A stretch of DNA of 63,411 nt, filler included, from Octopus bimaculoides (lineage: Eukaryota): assembly GCF_001194135.2 (NCBI RefSeq). It is 7 parts of 6 records of this genome, joined end to end, with 100 filler letters (N's around TTAATTAATTAA, not from the genome) between each part and the next. Parts side by side here need not be neighbours in the genome. Positions count along the whole stretch, not along the records: positions 57,226 to 63,411 come from NC_068987.1; 6 more parts are not named here. One strand, given 5' to 3'. The notes beneath the pieces are model-generated. The model was not told the origin of the DNA, searched no databases, and worked only from the letters and a program-made list of their open reading frames with translations. Position 1 is the first letter of the stretch, and every line of letters begins with the position of its first letter. The position numbers and the translations under genes are program-made. Positions 61,744 through 63,411 of the stretch are shown piece after piece.

Positions 61744-62810
61744 CAGCGTGTCCCAAAAGTAAGGCAATTAACTGTTTTCAATTTTACAATAGTAAAATAT
61801 TGCTATATTTCGGGTCCGAGCCTTGCAATACAGTGGGAGAGGAAATACAATTAGGACGCTACAACATTTATTCGATATGACCACTTCTGTTTCGAATCAC
61901 AGCCTTAAGTCTAGGTGCCAATGCTCCAGACACGGCACGCAGTTATTCTTGCGAAATCGAAACCCATTCCTGGCGCAGTTTTGCCTTCAGAGCGTCGATT
62001 GAAGCATCAGGAGTGCTCGAAATCATCATCATCTCCAAAATGGACCAAACAAAAAAAATCCGATTGGCTGAGATCGGGGTTTGTTGAGAGCCATAGATTT
62101 TTAGCTACGAACGGCGGAATATTTTTCTAAATCCAGTATTGTGTCTATTTGAAGCTGTGGGATGGTTCTGAGTCCTATTGAAGGCTGCAAGATTCGCCTT
62201 GAAAGTGCTCGTTCGCCCATGAAAGCATTTCAAATTCCAGAATGTCGCTAATGTATCGGTGGGGTTAATTTTATTATCTCAGGCCACAATAACGATGGGA
62301 AACTTTCCAGTGGCTGTCACCCCTGTCCAATCCATAAGTGATTGGGTTATGAAGTCTGTTTACGAGCCAGATACACTCCAAATTCGGTCATTCTGGCAGT
62401 TTACTGTCTATTCGATGTCAAATATCTTTTCATCAGTGAGCACCAGGTTGGACTACGTACTTTCAGCAATCTGACGCAGGATTAAACGAATTCAGTCCCA
62501 GTCTCTTGGCCTTATAAAATTGCGTGAGCTCATGATGGCGGATCAATTTGTAGGGATGAGTTCTCAACTCCTACTTCAGCACTCTATACATTTATGTTCG
62601 GCTTATGTTTGCCTTGGTAGCCACCCTTCTGATGGTACAACAAGCTTTTCACTGTATATTTTTTCTGGCACTTTTCGGCGATGACTTGGTCGATCAGCGG
62701 TGGAATCAGACAGTTGAAATTTCTTGAAATGTTTTCACACTGTGTTGTTCGTTTAATTTTAAGCTTTTTGGCTATAGCTGTTTTACTTTCTCCTTTTATC
62801 CTTCGCACCT
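61744..62810 (-). mobile_element. Tc1/maT-like DNA transposon, degenerate
   Basis: KTAIAKKLKIKRTT HTH remnant, decayed SPDLNP region, IDALKAKLRQEW..ISQE.LRA..LKAVI..GHIE C-terminus; a TA..CAGCGTGTCCCAAAAGT terminal repeat is seen at the left end only. Confidence 0.75.
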
Positions 62811-63411
62811 GTTAAAATAAGCACTAGGTGAGTATTTAGATCGATGTGTTCGCTGTATCATCATCTCCCACAATTGTAGGGCTTGTGCCTGTGGTGAAAA
62901 TGAATATATTTTAGAATTTCCTTTAAATTTGCAAATCAAAGAGAATTTTAGAAATGAAATCATCTTATGAATGAAATTAAAAATACCAATGACCTTTAAA
63001 TGGCTTATGGTTAAGAGATAAGGAATATCAGAAGTCATGTGTGTCAAACGAGATAGATGTAAACAAATAGCAGTTCAACATTTTACGTACCATAATATGA
63101 TCAAAGTCCGGTTCTTGATAATTTGGGGGTAAATGCTAACACAATGGTCTCGATTACATCACATGTTTGCTTTGATTGCAATGTGCACTTAATTGTAAGT
63201 TGCATTATTTTCTATTAGAAATTTAAAGGTGCATAATACACACAGAGGCACACACACAAATGTGCATATACATATATAAATGATTTAAAACGAGGCATAT
63301 ACAGTTAGCTGTATAAAATTCCACTCTCAAGGATATGTCGAAACGAGCGTTGTGTTGAATATGGATTCTTGCTAACTTCAGTTTCTGTTTCTCGCATTCA
63401 TTTATATATAT

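Overview
Repeat-rich, AT-rich eukaryotic (animal) genomic DNA from a gapped draft assembly. The SINE/LINE families, dense dinucleotide and trinucleotide microsatellites and N-gap linkers suggest a coleoid cephalopod (Octopus-like); this is inferred, not proven. One protein-coding gene could be reconstructed by hand. It is a minus-strand fatty acid amide hydrolase (FAAH-1-like, amidase signature family) gene with 13 GT-AG exons from 18393 down to 7090 (449 codons plus 2 nt, all phases consistent, Lys-Ser-Ser triad intact). Its last ~130 codons are not visible. It carries two unusual active-site-region residues: GTDI-S-GS instead of GTDI-G-GS, and Lys at the FAAH Phe/Tyr194 position. The rest is transposon debris (RTE, R4/Dong-like RLE LINEs, L1/Tx1, Penelope-like, Tc1/mariner, Helitron, a DDE transposase remnant, several tRNA-derived SINE families) and simple repeats. 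The most unusual non-coding structures are a foldback MITE with perfect 37-bp TIRs, an 8-bp TSD and a back-to-back (CCCTAA)n/(TTAGGG)n core inside FAAH intron 2, a ~3 kb CpG-rich AACG/TACG mosaic satellite, a 145-bp hairpin element, and paired inverted repeats around a Penelope-like remnant. Most long ORFs in the supplied track are artefacts of microsatellites and N runs. Repeat boundaries are approximate unless stated.
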